Virus record (IMG/VR): IMGVR_UViG_3300032328_000860
Span: 1 to 64,000 of that record
Length of the DNA stretch: 64,000 nucleotides
Reading direction: 5' to 3' (one strand)
From: a virus
Lineage: Duplodnaviria; Caudoviricetes
Shown piece by piece: positions 27,914 through 37,713 of the stretch. The stretch's first letter is position 1. Each line of letters starts with the position of its first letter. Below the pieces are notes generated by a model. The model was not told the DNA's origin. It saw nothing but the letters and a program-made list of their open reading frames with translations, and did not search any database. A program made the position numbers and the translations under genes.

Positions 27914-29539
27914 ATGTCAAAAAATTTAGTATTTGATTGTGGGTGTCAATTCAAGGTTCTTGATGATGCTACGAATAGTAACAATCCTAAAATATTGTTT
28001 TCTCCAAAAATATCAGATATTAGTTTGGAGTGTTCAAAAACATGGGAATTAATTTCAGAAGGTAACACTAAGGGTTGTTTTCAACTAGAGTCGCGGTTAG
28101 GACAAACCATGGCTCGTAAATTAAAGCCACAAAATATTGAACAGTTATCTGGTTTAATAAGTATTCTAAGGCCGGGATGTCTAGAGGCACATAGAGACGG
28201 TAAAAGCGTATCGAATCATTATATCGATAAAAAAAATGGTCTTGAATCTATAGACTATTTTCATCCTGCTTTAGAGCCTATCTTAAAAGATACATATTCA
28301 GAAATGATATATCAAGAACAAGCTATGTCTATAGCCAAAGAGCTAGCCGGTTTTGATCTGAAAGAAGCAGACAATCTTAGAAAGGCGATAGGCAAAAAAC
28401 AAGCAGATAAAATGGCTAAGGTAAAAAAACAGTTTATTGATGGAGCCAAGACTAATGGCAAAATAACAGAAACAGATGCGGAACAAATCTTTGAATGGAT
28501 AGAAAAATCCCAAAGATATTTATTTAACGCTAGTCATTCTATTAGTTATGCAATGAATGCTTATCTATCTTCTTATGCAAAAGCGCATTTCCCCAGAGTA
28601 TTTTTTGCATCATATCTAAGATTTGCCAAAGACAAAATTGATCCGCAACAGGAAATCAAAGAGCTTGTTAGAAATGCTGTTGAAATGGATATTGTTGTTA
28701 ACATACCAGATTTTAGAAATCTGAATCGTTGTTTTATTTTAAAAGACAATTATATCTATTTTGGACTAACTGATATTAAGGGGGTTGGGGATTCTGTTTA
28801 TAATAAAATTATAACATTAGCAGACCAAAGGAACGTTAATGAGTTGTCCTGGACGCAGATTTTATCTAGTGTGCTATTAAATATTAATTCTATTGCTAGC
28901 AAAGCCTTGATTAGTTCTGGTGCATTTGATTATTTTAAGAAACACAGAACAGAGATGCTTTTTGAGTATGATATATGCAGTAATTTAACAAAGAAGGAGA
29001 TGATAAGTTTCATAGAACTAGCTAAAACAGAAACCTCTGTACAAAAAATTCTACAATATATCCTACAAAATAATAAGCTAATTAAAAATCGTAAACTAGC
29101 TTTTCAAAATTATGTGCATTCGTTGATTAGTCCTCCTTATTCTTTAACAGACAAGATAGAGTGGTTATCTGATTCGGAAAATGCTCTGCTAGGCGTTGCT
29201 ATTACATGCTCTAAGTTAGATGTATATGACGTATCCTCTGCGAATTCTAATTGCAAAACCTTTAAAACATCATACGCAAATAATAATATTATTATAGCTG
29301 GAGAGATTAGTAATATTAATATTGCTAAAACTAAAACAGGTAAAAATCCTGGACTAGAGATGGCTTTTATAACTATTGATGATCAATTTGGCTCATTGGA
29401 TTCGGTAATATTTTTCCCAGAGCAATTTGCTAAATATAGAAACTACTTGTATCCTGGAAATGTATTGGTTTTTTCTGGCAATAAAACTAAGTCTAAAGAC
29501 GGCTTGGTAGTAGAAAAATGCTTTGAACCAGCAGCTTGA
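27914..29539 (+). CDS. dnaE: DNA polymerase III alpha, C-terminal half (fingers, HhH, OB)
   Basis: GCFQLES, ILRPG, IYQEQ, ADNLRKAIGKK, FNASHS..Y, FGLTDIKGVG, ALISSGAFD and MAFITIDD. Confidence 0.92.
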   Translation: MSKNLVFDCGCQFKVLDDATNSNNPKILFSPKISDISLECSKTWELISEGNTKGCFQLESRLGQTMARKLKPQNIEQLSGLISILRPGCLEAHRDGKSVSNHYIDKKNGLESIDYFHPALEPILKDTYSEMIYQEQAMSIAKELAGFDLKEADNLRKAIGKKQADKMAKVKKQFIDGAKTNGKITETDAEQIFEWIEKSQRYLFNASHSISYAMNAYLSSYAKAHFPRVFFASYLRFAKDKIDPQQEIKELVRNAVEMDIVVNIPDFRNLNRCFILKDNYIYFGLTDIKGVGDSVYNKIITLADQRNVNELSWTQILSSVLLNINSIASKALISSGAFDYFKKHRTEMLFEYDICSNLTKKEMISFIELAKTETSVQKILQYILQNNKLIKNRKLAFQNYVHSLISPPYSLTDKIEWLSDSENALLGVAITCSKLDVYDVSSANSNCKTFKTSYANNNIIIAGEISNINIAKTKTGKNPGLEMAFITIDDQFGSLDSVIFFPEQFAKYRNYLYPGNVLVFSGNKTKSKDGLVVEKCFEPAA

Positions 29540-29563
29540 CACTGATCTCGTTCGGCCTATTAT
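29536..29563 (+). promoter_or_regulatory. Sigma70-like promoter TTGACA-N16-TATTAT
   Basis: Intergenic, upstream of ssb and its GGAG RBS. Confidence 0.6.
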
Positions 29564-29606
29564 AAATCGTTGTGTGACCTTTTTAATTTTTAAACGGAGA
29601 TTTGAT

Positions 29607-29981
29607 ATGAATATTACATTGCTTAGAGGTAATTTAGCTCGTGATCCAGAACTAAGAGTAGTTAATACTGGAGGCAAGCAAACATCTGTTGTTAATTTTA
29701 CTGTCGCAGTTAGTCGAGAGTATACTAAGAACAGCGGAGAAAAAGATAAGATTACCTCTTTTATTAATTGCGAAGCATGGGATAGCGGTGCAGATATGAT
29801 CGCAGAATCGTTCAAGAAAGGCGATCTAGTAATGATTGAAGGATCATTAAGAAATGATACCTGGGAAAAGGATGGTGTTAAGCATAGTAGTCTTAAGGTT
29901 AGAGTTAATAACTTTTCCAAGATTACTCGTTTGACCAAGGGGAACAAGCAAGGACAAACACAAGAGCCAGTGGCTTTTTAA
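29607..29981 (+). CDS. ssb: Single-stranded DNA-binding protein
   Basis: MNITLLRGNLARDPELR, FINCEAW and KKGDLVMIEGSL; GGAG RBS before the ATG at 29607. Confidence 0.93.
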   Translation: MNITLLRGNLARDPELRVVNTGGKQTSVVNFTVAVSREYTKNSGEKDKITSFINCEAWDSGADMIAESFKKGDLVMIEGSLRNDTWEKDGVKHSSLKVRVNNFSKITRLTKGNKQGQTQEPVAF

Positions 29982-30013
29982 TCATATCTAATATAGTCTT
30001 AAAGAATCGAGAA

Positions 30014-30046
30014 ATGTGGGGGTTGAAATATACCCCCATATTTTTA
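30014..30046 (+). terminator. Rho-independent terminator after ssb
   Basis: Stem ATGTGGGGGT / ACCCCCATAT followed by a T-run. Confidence 0.7.
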
Positions 30047-30051
30047 TATCT

Positions 30052-31722
30052 ATGAAATCTAATAAGCTAAAAATTCTATTGTGTTCAGAAGCCAGCTTTA
30101 TTAATTCTGGTTTTGGTATCTATGCCAAAGAACTACTATCTCGTTTATATGCTACTAACAAATATGAATTGGCAGAGTTTGCCTCATATGGGTTTGTTAA
30201 TGATCCTAGAGATTCTAACATTAAATGGAGATATTATGCGAACGCCGTCAAAGAGAACGATCCAAGACATCAAGAATATCAGTCTAGAACAGATAATCAG
30301 TTCGGAAGATGGAGATTTGAAAAAGTTTTATTAGATTTTGAACCCGATGTAGTTGTGGATATAAGAGACTACTGGATGAGCGCTTATCAAGCTGTGTCTC
30401 CTTTAAGAAAATATTTTCATTGGGTGCTGATGCCAACAGTCGATTCTGCCCCACAACAAGAAGAATGGATTGATACGTTTATAGGTGCAGATGCTATTTT
30501 TACATATTCAGATTGGGGTGCGCAAGTATTAAAGACACAATCTTCAAACAGAATAAATTATATCAATACAGTATCTCCTGGTGTTGATCTGAATATTTTT
30601 AAACCACAAAATCGTACAGAAATAAGAAATACTTTTGATATTCCTAGCGATGCTATTATTATAGGGTCTGTTATGAGAAATCAAAAACGTAAACTAATAC
30701 CAGAACTATTTGCTTCTTTTAGAGCCGTATTAGACGAACTAGAACGGTCGGATGATACAGATGTTGGTGAACGTGTGTTCCTATATCTGCATACAAGTTT
30801 TCCTGATATGGGCTGGGATATTCCAGAGCTACTTAAAGAACAAAGACTGAGTAATAAGGTTTTGTTTACTTATTTATGTAGAAACTGTGGGGACACATCA
30901 TGTTCGGTATTTAGTGGTCCTCAAAAGGTATGTAAAAAATGTCTAAATAAAGCAGCAACTTTTCCTTCCGTAACAGACGGAGTAAAATCCGAAACCTTAG
31001 CACAAATATATAATCTATTCGATCTATACGTACAATATTCTATATGTGAAGGTTTTGGTATGCCTCAAGTAGAAGCTGGTGCTTGTGGTGTGCCTATTGC
31101 TACGGTTGATTATAGTGCTATGTGTGATATTGTCAGTAAGTTAGAAGCTTATCCTATAAAAGTTAGAGCATTATTTAAAGAACTTGAAACCAAGGCTATG
31201 AGAGCATTTCCGGATAATCAAGATCTTAAGAATTATATCCTAGACTTTATCAAACAACCTATACAAGCAAAAGAACAAAAAAGAACGAGAACGGCAGAAC
31301 TAACTAGAGAGCATTATGATTGGAATAATATTATCAGCATATGGGAAACTTATTTTGATAATCTTGCTAATTCTAATATCAGAAAAGATTGGTCTAAAGG
31401 CGAAATATTAAAGTTATCAGTATTAACACCACAAAAAGAGGATTATAAAAGTAATTTTGATAAATTATTATATCTATGCAATTATAATATGCATGATCCA
31501 TCTATGATTGGTTCTTATCGTTTGTTGGAATTATTGAATCATGCAGATTATGGATTTGTTCATCAAAACACTACATCGATTATGCCATATGATTTTAAAA
31601 ATATATACTCTTATTTAGAAACTATAGTACATAATAATAATAGTACTCAAGAGATTAAGCAAAAAAACATTCAATTTGATGATGATTTTATCAGATACGC
31701 ACATTTAAAACTTAATAGCTAA
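30052..31722 (+). CDS. Glycosyltransferase, GT-B fold (GT4-like)
   Basis: SGFG, PGVDLNIFKP, RNQKRK and EGFGMPQVEAGACGVP (E-x7-E); CxxC..CxxC insertion. Confidence 0.88.
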   Translation: MKSNKLKILLCSEASFINSGFGIYAKELLSRLYATNKYELAEFASYGFVNDPRDSNIKWRYYANAVKENDPRHQEYQSRTDNQFGRWRFEKVLLDFEPDVVVDIRDYWMSAYQAVSPLRKYFHWVLMPTVDSAPQQEEWIDTFIGADAIFTYSDWGAQVLKTQSSNRINYINTVSPGVDLNIFKPQNRTEIRNTFDIPSDAIIIGSVMRNQKRKLIPELFASFRAVLDELERSDDTDVGERVFLYLHTSFPDMGWDIPELLKEQRLSNKVLFTYLCRNCGDTSCSVFSGPQKVCKKCLNKAATFPSVTDGVKSETLAQIYNLFDLYVQYSICEGFGMPQVEAGACGVPIATVDYSAMCDIVSKLEAYPIKVRALFKELETKAMRAFPDNQDLKNYILDFIKQPIQAKEQKRTRTAELTREHYDWNNIISIWETYFDNLANSNIRKDWSKGEILKLSVLTPQKEDYKSNFDKLLYLCNYNMHDPSMIGSYRLLELLNHADYGFVHQNTTSIMPYDFKNIYSYLETIVHNNNSTQEIKQKNIQFDDDFIRYAHLKLNS

Positions 31723-31727
31723 TAATA

Positions 31728-32720
31728 ATGAATATTCTATACATAGGTCCCTATAGGCAAAACTCATTAGACGGTATACATTCTTTATGTATATTGCAAA
31801 CACTACTCACTAATACTGCTCATAATATTGTTGCTAGGCCGGTATATATCGCTAACAGTAACCACGTATCGGAACTGCCTTTAGAGGTGGTTAATGCTGA
31901 AAATAATAATCAAAATATAGATTGTGTTATTCAACACTCACCAATATCGTTTGCTAGTAGAGTCTATGGTATAGACAAAAATATTATCATACCTATTTTA
32001 GGGTCTAATAAACTATCTCTTAACGAAGAAAATATACTAGCATCTTTCGACATGGTATTACTAGACAATAAGTTAGATGCTAATAAAATCTTAAAAAGTA
32101 GCTATCATACACTAAAAAATATTAAAAATTTTGATTATGATATATTTTCTGGGTCTGTTAATAATAATGTTTATGATCTAGATATTCTTAGCAGTTTACA
32201 GAAATTATATTTTGTTGGTAATGCTGTAGATAATACAGAATATATTAATATTCTGGTACGATCTTTTATTAAAAATAATCATCAAGATAATATGGCTTTA
32301 GTCTTGTACTTATTAGACGTAGACTTTAAAGATAAAGAATATATAGACAAAAGAATTAATGATATCTATACAAACTATTACCCTAATAATAGACTGAATA
32401 AGGTAATCACAGTTCCAATACAAACCAGTCTTAAAAATTTAATTATAGCTCACAATACTTGTGATATATTAATAGATTTACATAATAAAGGATCTAATTC
32501 TATAAATCTCAAGATCGCACAAGCTCTTAATAAATCCATTATTCATATAAGCAATGATTTAACATATAAGTCTAATGATCATGCTGAGATGGCCCATAGC
32601 GGTTATTTAAGCATTAATGAAGAACATATAGACAATGCAATTAGAACTTATATAAGTTCTAAGAACTTGCAAACAACACCCTCATTATTTAAAACTCAGC
32701 ATCTTAATAAGATAATATGA
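31728..32720 (+). CDS. Divergent glycosyltransferase-like protein
   Basis: MNILYIGPYR, DCVIQHS, LYFVG and HNTCDILI, but the EGF/E-x7-E motif is lost. Confidence 0.55.
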   Translation: MNILYIGPYRQNSLDGIHSLCILQTLLTNTAHNIVARPVYIANSNHVSELPLEVVNAENNNQNIDCVIQHSPISFASRVYGIDKNIIIPILGSNKLSLNEENILASFDMVLLDNKLDANKILKSSYHTLKNIKNFDYDIFSGSVNNNVYDLDILSSLQKLYFVGNAVDNTEYINILVRSFIKNNHQDNMALVLYLLDVDFKDKEYIDKRINDIYTNYYPNNRLNKVITVPIQTSLKNLIIAHNTCDILIDLHNKGSNSINLKIAQALNKSIIHISNDLTYKSNDHAEMAHSGYLSINEEHIDNAIRTYISSKNLQTTPSLFKTQHLNKII

Positions 32721-33580
32721 CTACACATACCATTAGTAATATCGCCTATAAAGTAATAGATAAGGACATCAGAGTTCTATATGGAACTCATAATAGTAGT
32801 TTCGACGCTATTATGTATAGCTTAGATAATATTAATTATTGTCTAGATTCTATATATAGTCATTATTATGATCTATATATTACACATAACGGTTTTGATT
32901 ATGTTCAAGAAGCCCAAAGTTGGTGCAATGCTATGCATCTGACTACTTTAGTTTTCTTTCATCAAAAACCACCAGTAAAATTTAAAAAAGAAGACGGTGT
33001 CATTTTAAAAAATGCCTTGGATAAAACCAATAAAATCTTTATGAGTCAAGAAATAGGTGCTGCTTGGGGTGCTAGCACATGGAACAATACTTATATAATA
33101 GAATATGGAGTGCCTGTTCCTGAATTAATATCTGAGAGAACTAAATCTATATTATTTATTAATCAATCAAATAATACTCAAATACATAATCTATATTCTA
33201 GTCTAGTTAATAAATTCCACGGCGCAGATCTGCTACAAATATTACCATTAGATATTAATATTATTACAAAAACACTATTAGATTATCGTGTGGTTGTCGA
33301 TATGGATAATACAATCAATAGCCTGTTGGCCTCTGCTTGTGGGTGCAAAGTAATTACTTCTCCTATGGTTTCTCTTAATGCTGATATCAAAGAAGTTTAT
33401 AAAGTCATGAATTATGACGGTTTGACTAAGATGATAGAGAATATTATGTTAGAGCCCATAAGTGATAGAGATATAAAATTTAACCAACAGTTAATTAATA
33501 ATCAGTATAGCTATAATACTTTTAGTAACAAAGTCACAAATATTCTTACAAAAGCTAAGAAGGAGATATTCGTTTTATGA
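32717..33580 (+). CDS. Divergent glycosyltransferase-like protein
   Basis: IEYGVP and LLASACGCKVIT; GT-B C-terminal pattern without the catalytic Glu. Confidence 0.5.
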   Translation: MTTHTISNIAYKVIDKDIRVLYGTHNSSFDAIMYSLDNINYCLDSIYSHYYDLYITHNGFDYVQEAQSWCNAMHLTTLVFFHQKPPVKFKKEDGVILKNALDKTNKIFMSQEIGAAWGASTWNNTYIIEYGVPVPELISERTKSILFINQSNNTQIHNLYSSLVNKFHGADLLQILPLDINIITKTLLDYRVVVDMDNTINSLLASACGCKVITSPMVSLNADIKEVYKVMNYDGLTKMIENIMLEPISDRDIKFNQQLINNQYSYNTFSNKVTNILTKAKKEIFVL

Positions 33581-33996
33581 AACATAATTTTGCCATAGTG
33601 CGAGATAAAAGTACTACTGTTCCATTAGGATATATTCCAGTACCTCTTACTGATACCGGATCGATAATAAACTTATCTTGTGACAATATAATATGCGATT
33701 GTTTAGAGTATTATACTAAAAAGCAGTCAACGGATTCAATACAACAACTATTAGAAAAAATTAAACCATCAGGCCTATTAGTTATTATTTTAACAGACAT
33801 AAAGAAACAATTGTCTGGATATATAAATGGCTCTACCCCTTCAGATAAGCTGTTGCAAACCTTTGTGGATAAGCTATCTATTTGGTCTTTAGACGATATA
33901 TTATTGGCTGTTAATAAGCCATATTTAAAAATACAAAAAATAGACCATGTAAATAATCAAATAATTATAACAATTAAAAGAATATCATTAGACTAA
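33577..33996 (+). CDS. Truncated or degenerate class I methyltransferase-like protein
   Basis: SCDNIICDCLEY...KIKPSGLLVI resembles D.I...LEH..LKPGG; no GxG motif I. Confidence 0.4.
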   Translation: MKHNFAIVRDKSTTVPLGYIPVPLTDTGSIINLSCDNIICDCLEYYTKKQSTDSIQQLLEKIKPSGLLVIILTDIKKQLSGYINGSTPSDKLLQTFVDKLSIWSLDDILLAVNKPYLKIQKIDHVNNQIIITIKRISLD

Positions 33997-34670
33997 TGTT
34001 AGACATTCTGATTATAGCGCCCGAGATAACAAAAGGTATGAAATCTCTCGGATCAAAAGCTTTATTGGCAATAAAAAAAAATTTGTCAGTAATAGAGTAT
34101 CAAATCGCACAAGCTCGTAGCATAGACAAGCATGCTAGAATAACAACTATACTTGGTTTTGAATACGAAAAAATACTTAATATCATTAAGCAGCATAAAA
34201 ATATAGACTATATCATTAATTATGAGTATAAGCATACAAATCAGGCCTATAGTCTAAAATTATTTTACGATCAGCATAAAGACGTTTCTAATTTATTAAT
34301 TATCAGCAGTGGTGTCTTGTTAAAAGATCTTGTTATAGATAAGTCTATGTTGATGGATCACTCCAAGGTCTTTTTGTTAAATAGGGACAAAGAAAATTTC
34401 GAACTTGGATGTTCACAAGATAGTAATTATACTGAGTATATATTTTATGATTTGCCTTTTAGGTGGTCAGAATGTATTTATTTAAACAAAGAAGGAATAG
34501 AAGCAACAAAAGAATTTGTTGGTAAAAATATTTCTGAGCAAATGTACTTATTCGAAGCAATTAATAACATACTTAAAAACATAGATATAGATAAGTGTGT
34601 TATAGATAGACGCAAAATTATGAAGATTACCAATCAAAAAGATATAGCAAAAGCGAAGGTTTTTATATGA
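33996..34670 (+). CDS. NTP-transferase (LicC/sugar-phosphate nucleotidyltransferase-like), degenerate
   Basis: ILIIA....GMKSLGSKALL, IEYQI, LGF and N.EY..TN..YSL. Confidence 0.65.
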   Translation: MLDILIIAPEITKGMKSLGSKALLAIKKNLSVIEYQIAQARSIDKHARITTILGFEYEKILNIIKQHKNIDYIINYEYKHTNQAYSLKLFYDQHKDVSNLLIISSGVLLKDLVIDKSMLMDHSKVFLLNRDKENFELGCSQDSNYTEYIFYDLPFRWSECIYLNKEGIEATKEFVGKNISEQMYLFEAINNILKNIDIDKCVIDRRKIMKITNQKDIAKAKVFI

Positions 34671-35416
34671 TTAAACTATTAGTACAATACTGTGACAGTA
34701 AATTTATACAAAATCTTTGTGTTCTACAATTAGAGGACATTGTAGTAGAACCAGCTGTATTTGATAAAAAATTATATAGACTATATTTTTCATATCAACC
34801 AACACATATTATATTTGTAGCAAATAAAATTAGTGAAGAATGTGCTCAGTTTATTGAGGACTATCAGGACTCTGTGAATATCTATGTATACCACAATCAC
34901 GAAAAAACATTATTTCTCATACCAAATTATCCTGATTCTTGTGTACATTTAGTTCCCGAGACTTTAGCGTCAATGATGCCTAATGACCATAATATAGACA
35001 AGATTATTTATATTCCGAAGAATCTCATTAGTACAAATATTTACTATAGTGATAATCGCCACAGGAACAAATCCATAGTATACTTTGCTCCAAAACAAAT
35101 AACGTCTTTACCTAATGATCTAGTTAAAGTATTATATCCCAACACTACATTACCGATTAAAATATTTGACAGTCCTAGGATTCCGCATCCACAAAATCTA
35201 GGAGTGCTGACCGAACTGGACAAGGGGGAATTACTAAGGAATAGCGAATATTATTTAACTTATGATTTAGATGAATATTTTATAGAGGCTATAGAGTGTG
35301 GATGTAAAATAGTTAACATTAATAATGTTATCAACTATACTACAGAAGCATCTAATCAAGAAAAAATTAATACAATTAAGTATCAAGATTTTTTGCAAGG
35401 AGTTTTTAATGTCTAA
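34667..35416 (+). CDS. Divergent glycosyltransferase-like protein
   Basis: HPQNLG and YFIEAIECGCKIV. Confidence 0.45.
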   Translation: MIKLLVQYCDSKFIQNLCVLQLEDIVVEPAVFDKKLYRLYFSYQPTHIIFVANKISEECAQFIEDYQDSVNIYVYHNHEKTLFLIPNYPDSCVHLVPETLASMMPNDHNIDKIIYIPKNLISTNIYYSDNRHRNKSIVYFAPKQITSLPNDLVKVLYPNTTLPIKIFDSPRIPHPQNLGVLTELDKGELLRNSEYYLTYDLDEYFIEAIECGCKIVNINNVINYTTEASNQEKINTIKYQDFLQGVFNV

Positions 35417-35867
35417 AGATGTTGGCTTTGTGTTGTTGAAGCTGCTAAATAACAATATTTATGATAATATTCTACAGTGCTTAAAAGGCATATCTCTTGA
35501 ACATCCATATGATCAAGCCGTTATTTTTAATAGCTATTCAGAAAAAGCAGAAACTTTAAATTTACCAATATTGCACTTAACACAGTGTAAGTTTTTTAAG
35601 GGCACATTATTTTTGTTTGATTTGCCTAGCGTAATTTTAACTTCTACATTTCCTAATATTACTAAGCGTATACTATATGTCGGAGACATTCCATGGACGC
35701 AGAACCCTGCTACGGCCTATAAGGAATGGTCTTCTATATATAATCAACAAAATCTTGATTTTATAACACAAACCCAAGAACTATATGATCTATACAGTAT
35801 ATGCTGGAAAAAACCTCTAACTATTTCAGAAAATTTTAATTATGAACAAATCAAATCCTTTATATAG
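35409..35867 (+). CDS. Hypothetical protein (glyco cluster)
   Basis: AGGAG RBS before the ATG at 35409. Confidence 0.55.
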   Translation: MSKDVGFVLLKLLNNNIYDNILQCLKGISLEHPYDQAVIFNSYSEKAETLNLPILHLTQCKFFKGTLFLFDLPSVILTSTFPNITKRILYVGDIPWTQNPATAYKEWSSIYNQQNLDFITQTQELYDLYSICWKKPLTISENFNYEQIKSFI

Positions 35868-36639
35868 TACATTATCTAGTCAAGATAAATTAAAAATTTT
35901 AACAGAATTATATATTGAACAGAACAAAAGTTTTGCTGATATAGCCGTTATGTTTGACACTTATCCTAATAAAATTAGAAGGGATGCTAAAACATTAGGA
36001 CTATCTATACGCAACAAATCTGAAGCCCAAAAAAATGCACTAAATACAGGTAAGCATAAGCATCCGACAAAAGGAACTCAAAGATCAGAAGAAACTAAAA
36101 TCAAAATAGGATCTCAAGTTATGCAAAGCTGGGAGAACTTATCTGATCAGGAATTGGAAATCAGAAAAGAGAAGGCGAAACAAAATTGGGATAATATGGA
36201 TACTCAAACAAAACAAAATATACATCAACTAGCGATAGAAGCAGTAAGACTAACCAGTAAAACAGGATCCAAACTAGAAAAATTTTTGCTAAATCAATTA
36301 ATATCGGATAAGTATGCTGTGAATTTTCACAAAGAACAATCGCTTGTCAATACAAAATTGCAAATTGACCTATTCTTGCCAAAACTTAACATAGCTATAG
36401 AAGTTGATGGGCCATCTCATTTTGAGCCGGTTTGGGGAGATAAGTCTTTGCAAAGAAATATATCGTATGACCAAAAAAAGGAAGGATTAATCACCGGCAA
36501 AGGATGGCACCTTATTCGCATAAAACAAACTAAAGATTTCTCTAAGGCCAGAGCCTTAAGAATTTATGATCAATTAATTAAGTGTATTCGTCAGTGTGAA
36601 TCGTCTAAAGTTTCCCAAAAAATAAATATTGAGGATTAA
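35842..36639 (+). CDS. Putative free-standing endonuclease (HTH + NUMOD3-like + Vsr/DUF559-like nuclease)
   Basis: LY....SFADIA (HTH), KGTQRSEETKIKIG (NUMOD3-like), SKLE and IDLFLP..IAIEVDGPSH. Confidence 0.7.
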   Translation: MNKSNPLYSTLSSQDKLKILTELYIEQNKSFADIAVMFDTYPNKIRRDAKTLGLSIRNKSEAQKNALNTGKHKHPTKGTQRSEETKIKIGSQVMQSWENLSDQELEIRKEKAKQNWDNMDTQTKQNIHQLAIEAVRLTSKTGSKLEKFLLNQLISDKYAVNFHKEQSLVNTKLQIDLFLPKLNIAIEVDGPSHFEPVWGDKSLQRNISYDQKKEGLITGKGWHLIRIKQTKDFSKARALRIYDQLIKCIRQCESSKVSQKINIED

Positions 36640-36645
36640 TATATT

Positions 36646-37374
36646 ATGACTAAAAAAGAAAAGTCTCAGGATATTGTTGCTAATGATACCAAGGTCATAG
36701 AGGTCAAAATTCCTAAAATTACAGACTTAGAATGGACTGATTACGTATTAGCCCTATTATCCGATGATGAAAAAATATCGGACAATCCCACTACAGATGG
36801 TTTACGTCGCATTTTCGAAGTAGCCCTAAATTGTAAAGTTATATCCTCAACAACAACAATAGCCCAATCTCCTGAACCAAATAATGAAAAAAGAGCCACT
36901 GTCGTTCACTCTATAACCTACGTTTTAAATGAAGAGTCATGTTCCAGGGCTGAATTAAATGTAATCACTGTAGACGGCGCAGCAGACGTTTATTGGGGCA
37001 ACTGTGACAAAGTATATCGAAACCATCCTGTGGCCGTCGCTGAAACCAGAGCAGAAGGCAGAGCCTTACGCAGAGCATTGAAATTGAGAAAAGTTGTGGC
37101 CGCTGAAGAACTGTCAAAAGAAATTGATGATAATCCTGATGCTAATACAGTATCTCGAATTAGTAATGCTCAAATTAATTTTATTGACATTATGGCTCAA
37201 AGACTTAATATAAATGTAAGTAAGTTATTGACCGAAAATAAATTATCTGTCGATAACATATATAATATATCTCATGATGATGCTGTTAATATTATTAGAC
37301 TTTTGTCCAAATATCAACAGAATACGTCTGAGATATTAGAAAGCATCATGGGCTATTCAGGAGACTGGAAATAA
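36646..37374 (+). CDS. Putative ssDNA-annealing protein (Rad52/Sak-like)
   Basis: AVAETRAEGRALRRAL helix motif and ISNAQINFI C-terminal module. Confidence 0.5.
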   Translation: MTKKEKSQDIVANDTKVIEVKIPKITDLEWTDYVLALLSDDEKISDNPTTDGLRRIFEVALNCKVISSTTTIAQSPEPNNEKRATVVHSITYVLNEESCSRAELNVITVDGAADVYWGNCDKVYRNHPVAVAETRAEGRALRRALKLRKVVAAEELSKEIDDNPDANTVSRISNAQINFIDIMAQRLNINVSKLLTENKLSVDNIYNISHDDAVNIIRLLSKYQQNTSEILESIMGYSGDWK

Positions 37375-37376
37375 TT

Positions 37377-37703
37377 ATGAAAGTACTATATAGAGCTAGC
37401 GATAAGTTAACATTTGAATTAGAGGGTGCTGGACAAAAAGAAATTTTTAAAGAGTTAGCTATAATTCAAGAGATTTTTGCCGAAGAAGTATGCGGCCTAT
37501 GTGGTAAGCACAATCTTAGGTTTGTGGTCAGAAATGTTGAGGGTAATGACTACTATGAAATTAGATGTTCTGATTGTGGTGCAATTTTAGCTTTTGGACA
37601 ACACAAAAAGGGCGGTACCCTATTTCCTAAGAGAAAAGATGATGACGGAAACCTACTTCCTAATAGGGGATGGCATAAGTGGAACGGTAAAGACAAAAAA
37701 TAA
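37377..37703 (+). CDS. Zinc-ribbon hypothetical protein
   Basis: CGLCG...CSDCGA. Confidence 0.65.
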   Translation: MKVLYRASDKLTFELEGAGQKEIFKELAIIQEIFAEEVCGLCGKHNLRFVVRNVEGNDYYEIRCSDCGAILAFGQHKKGGTLFPKRKDDDGNLLPNRGWHKWNGKDKK

Positions 37704-37713
37704 TTCTTATTAT

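Noticed and set aside
26990-28000. Trans-splicing split intein or simple frameshift in dnaE
   Set aside because: No intein blocks at either end, and the halves are separated by about 870 bp holding two intact ORFs.
29393-29947. 184-aa - strand ORF and other short antisense ORFs in the replication arm
   Set aside because: They overlap well-supported + strand genes (dnaE, ssb) and have no recognisable motifs.
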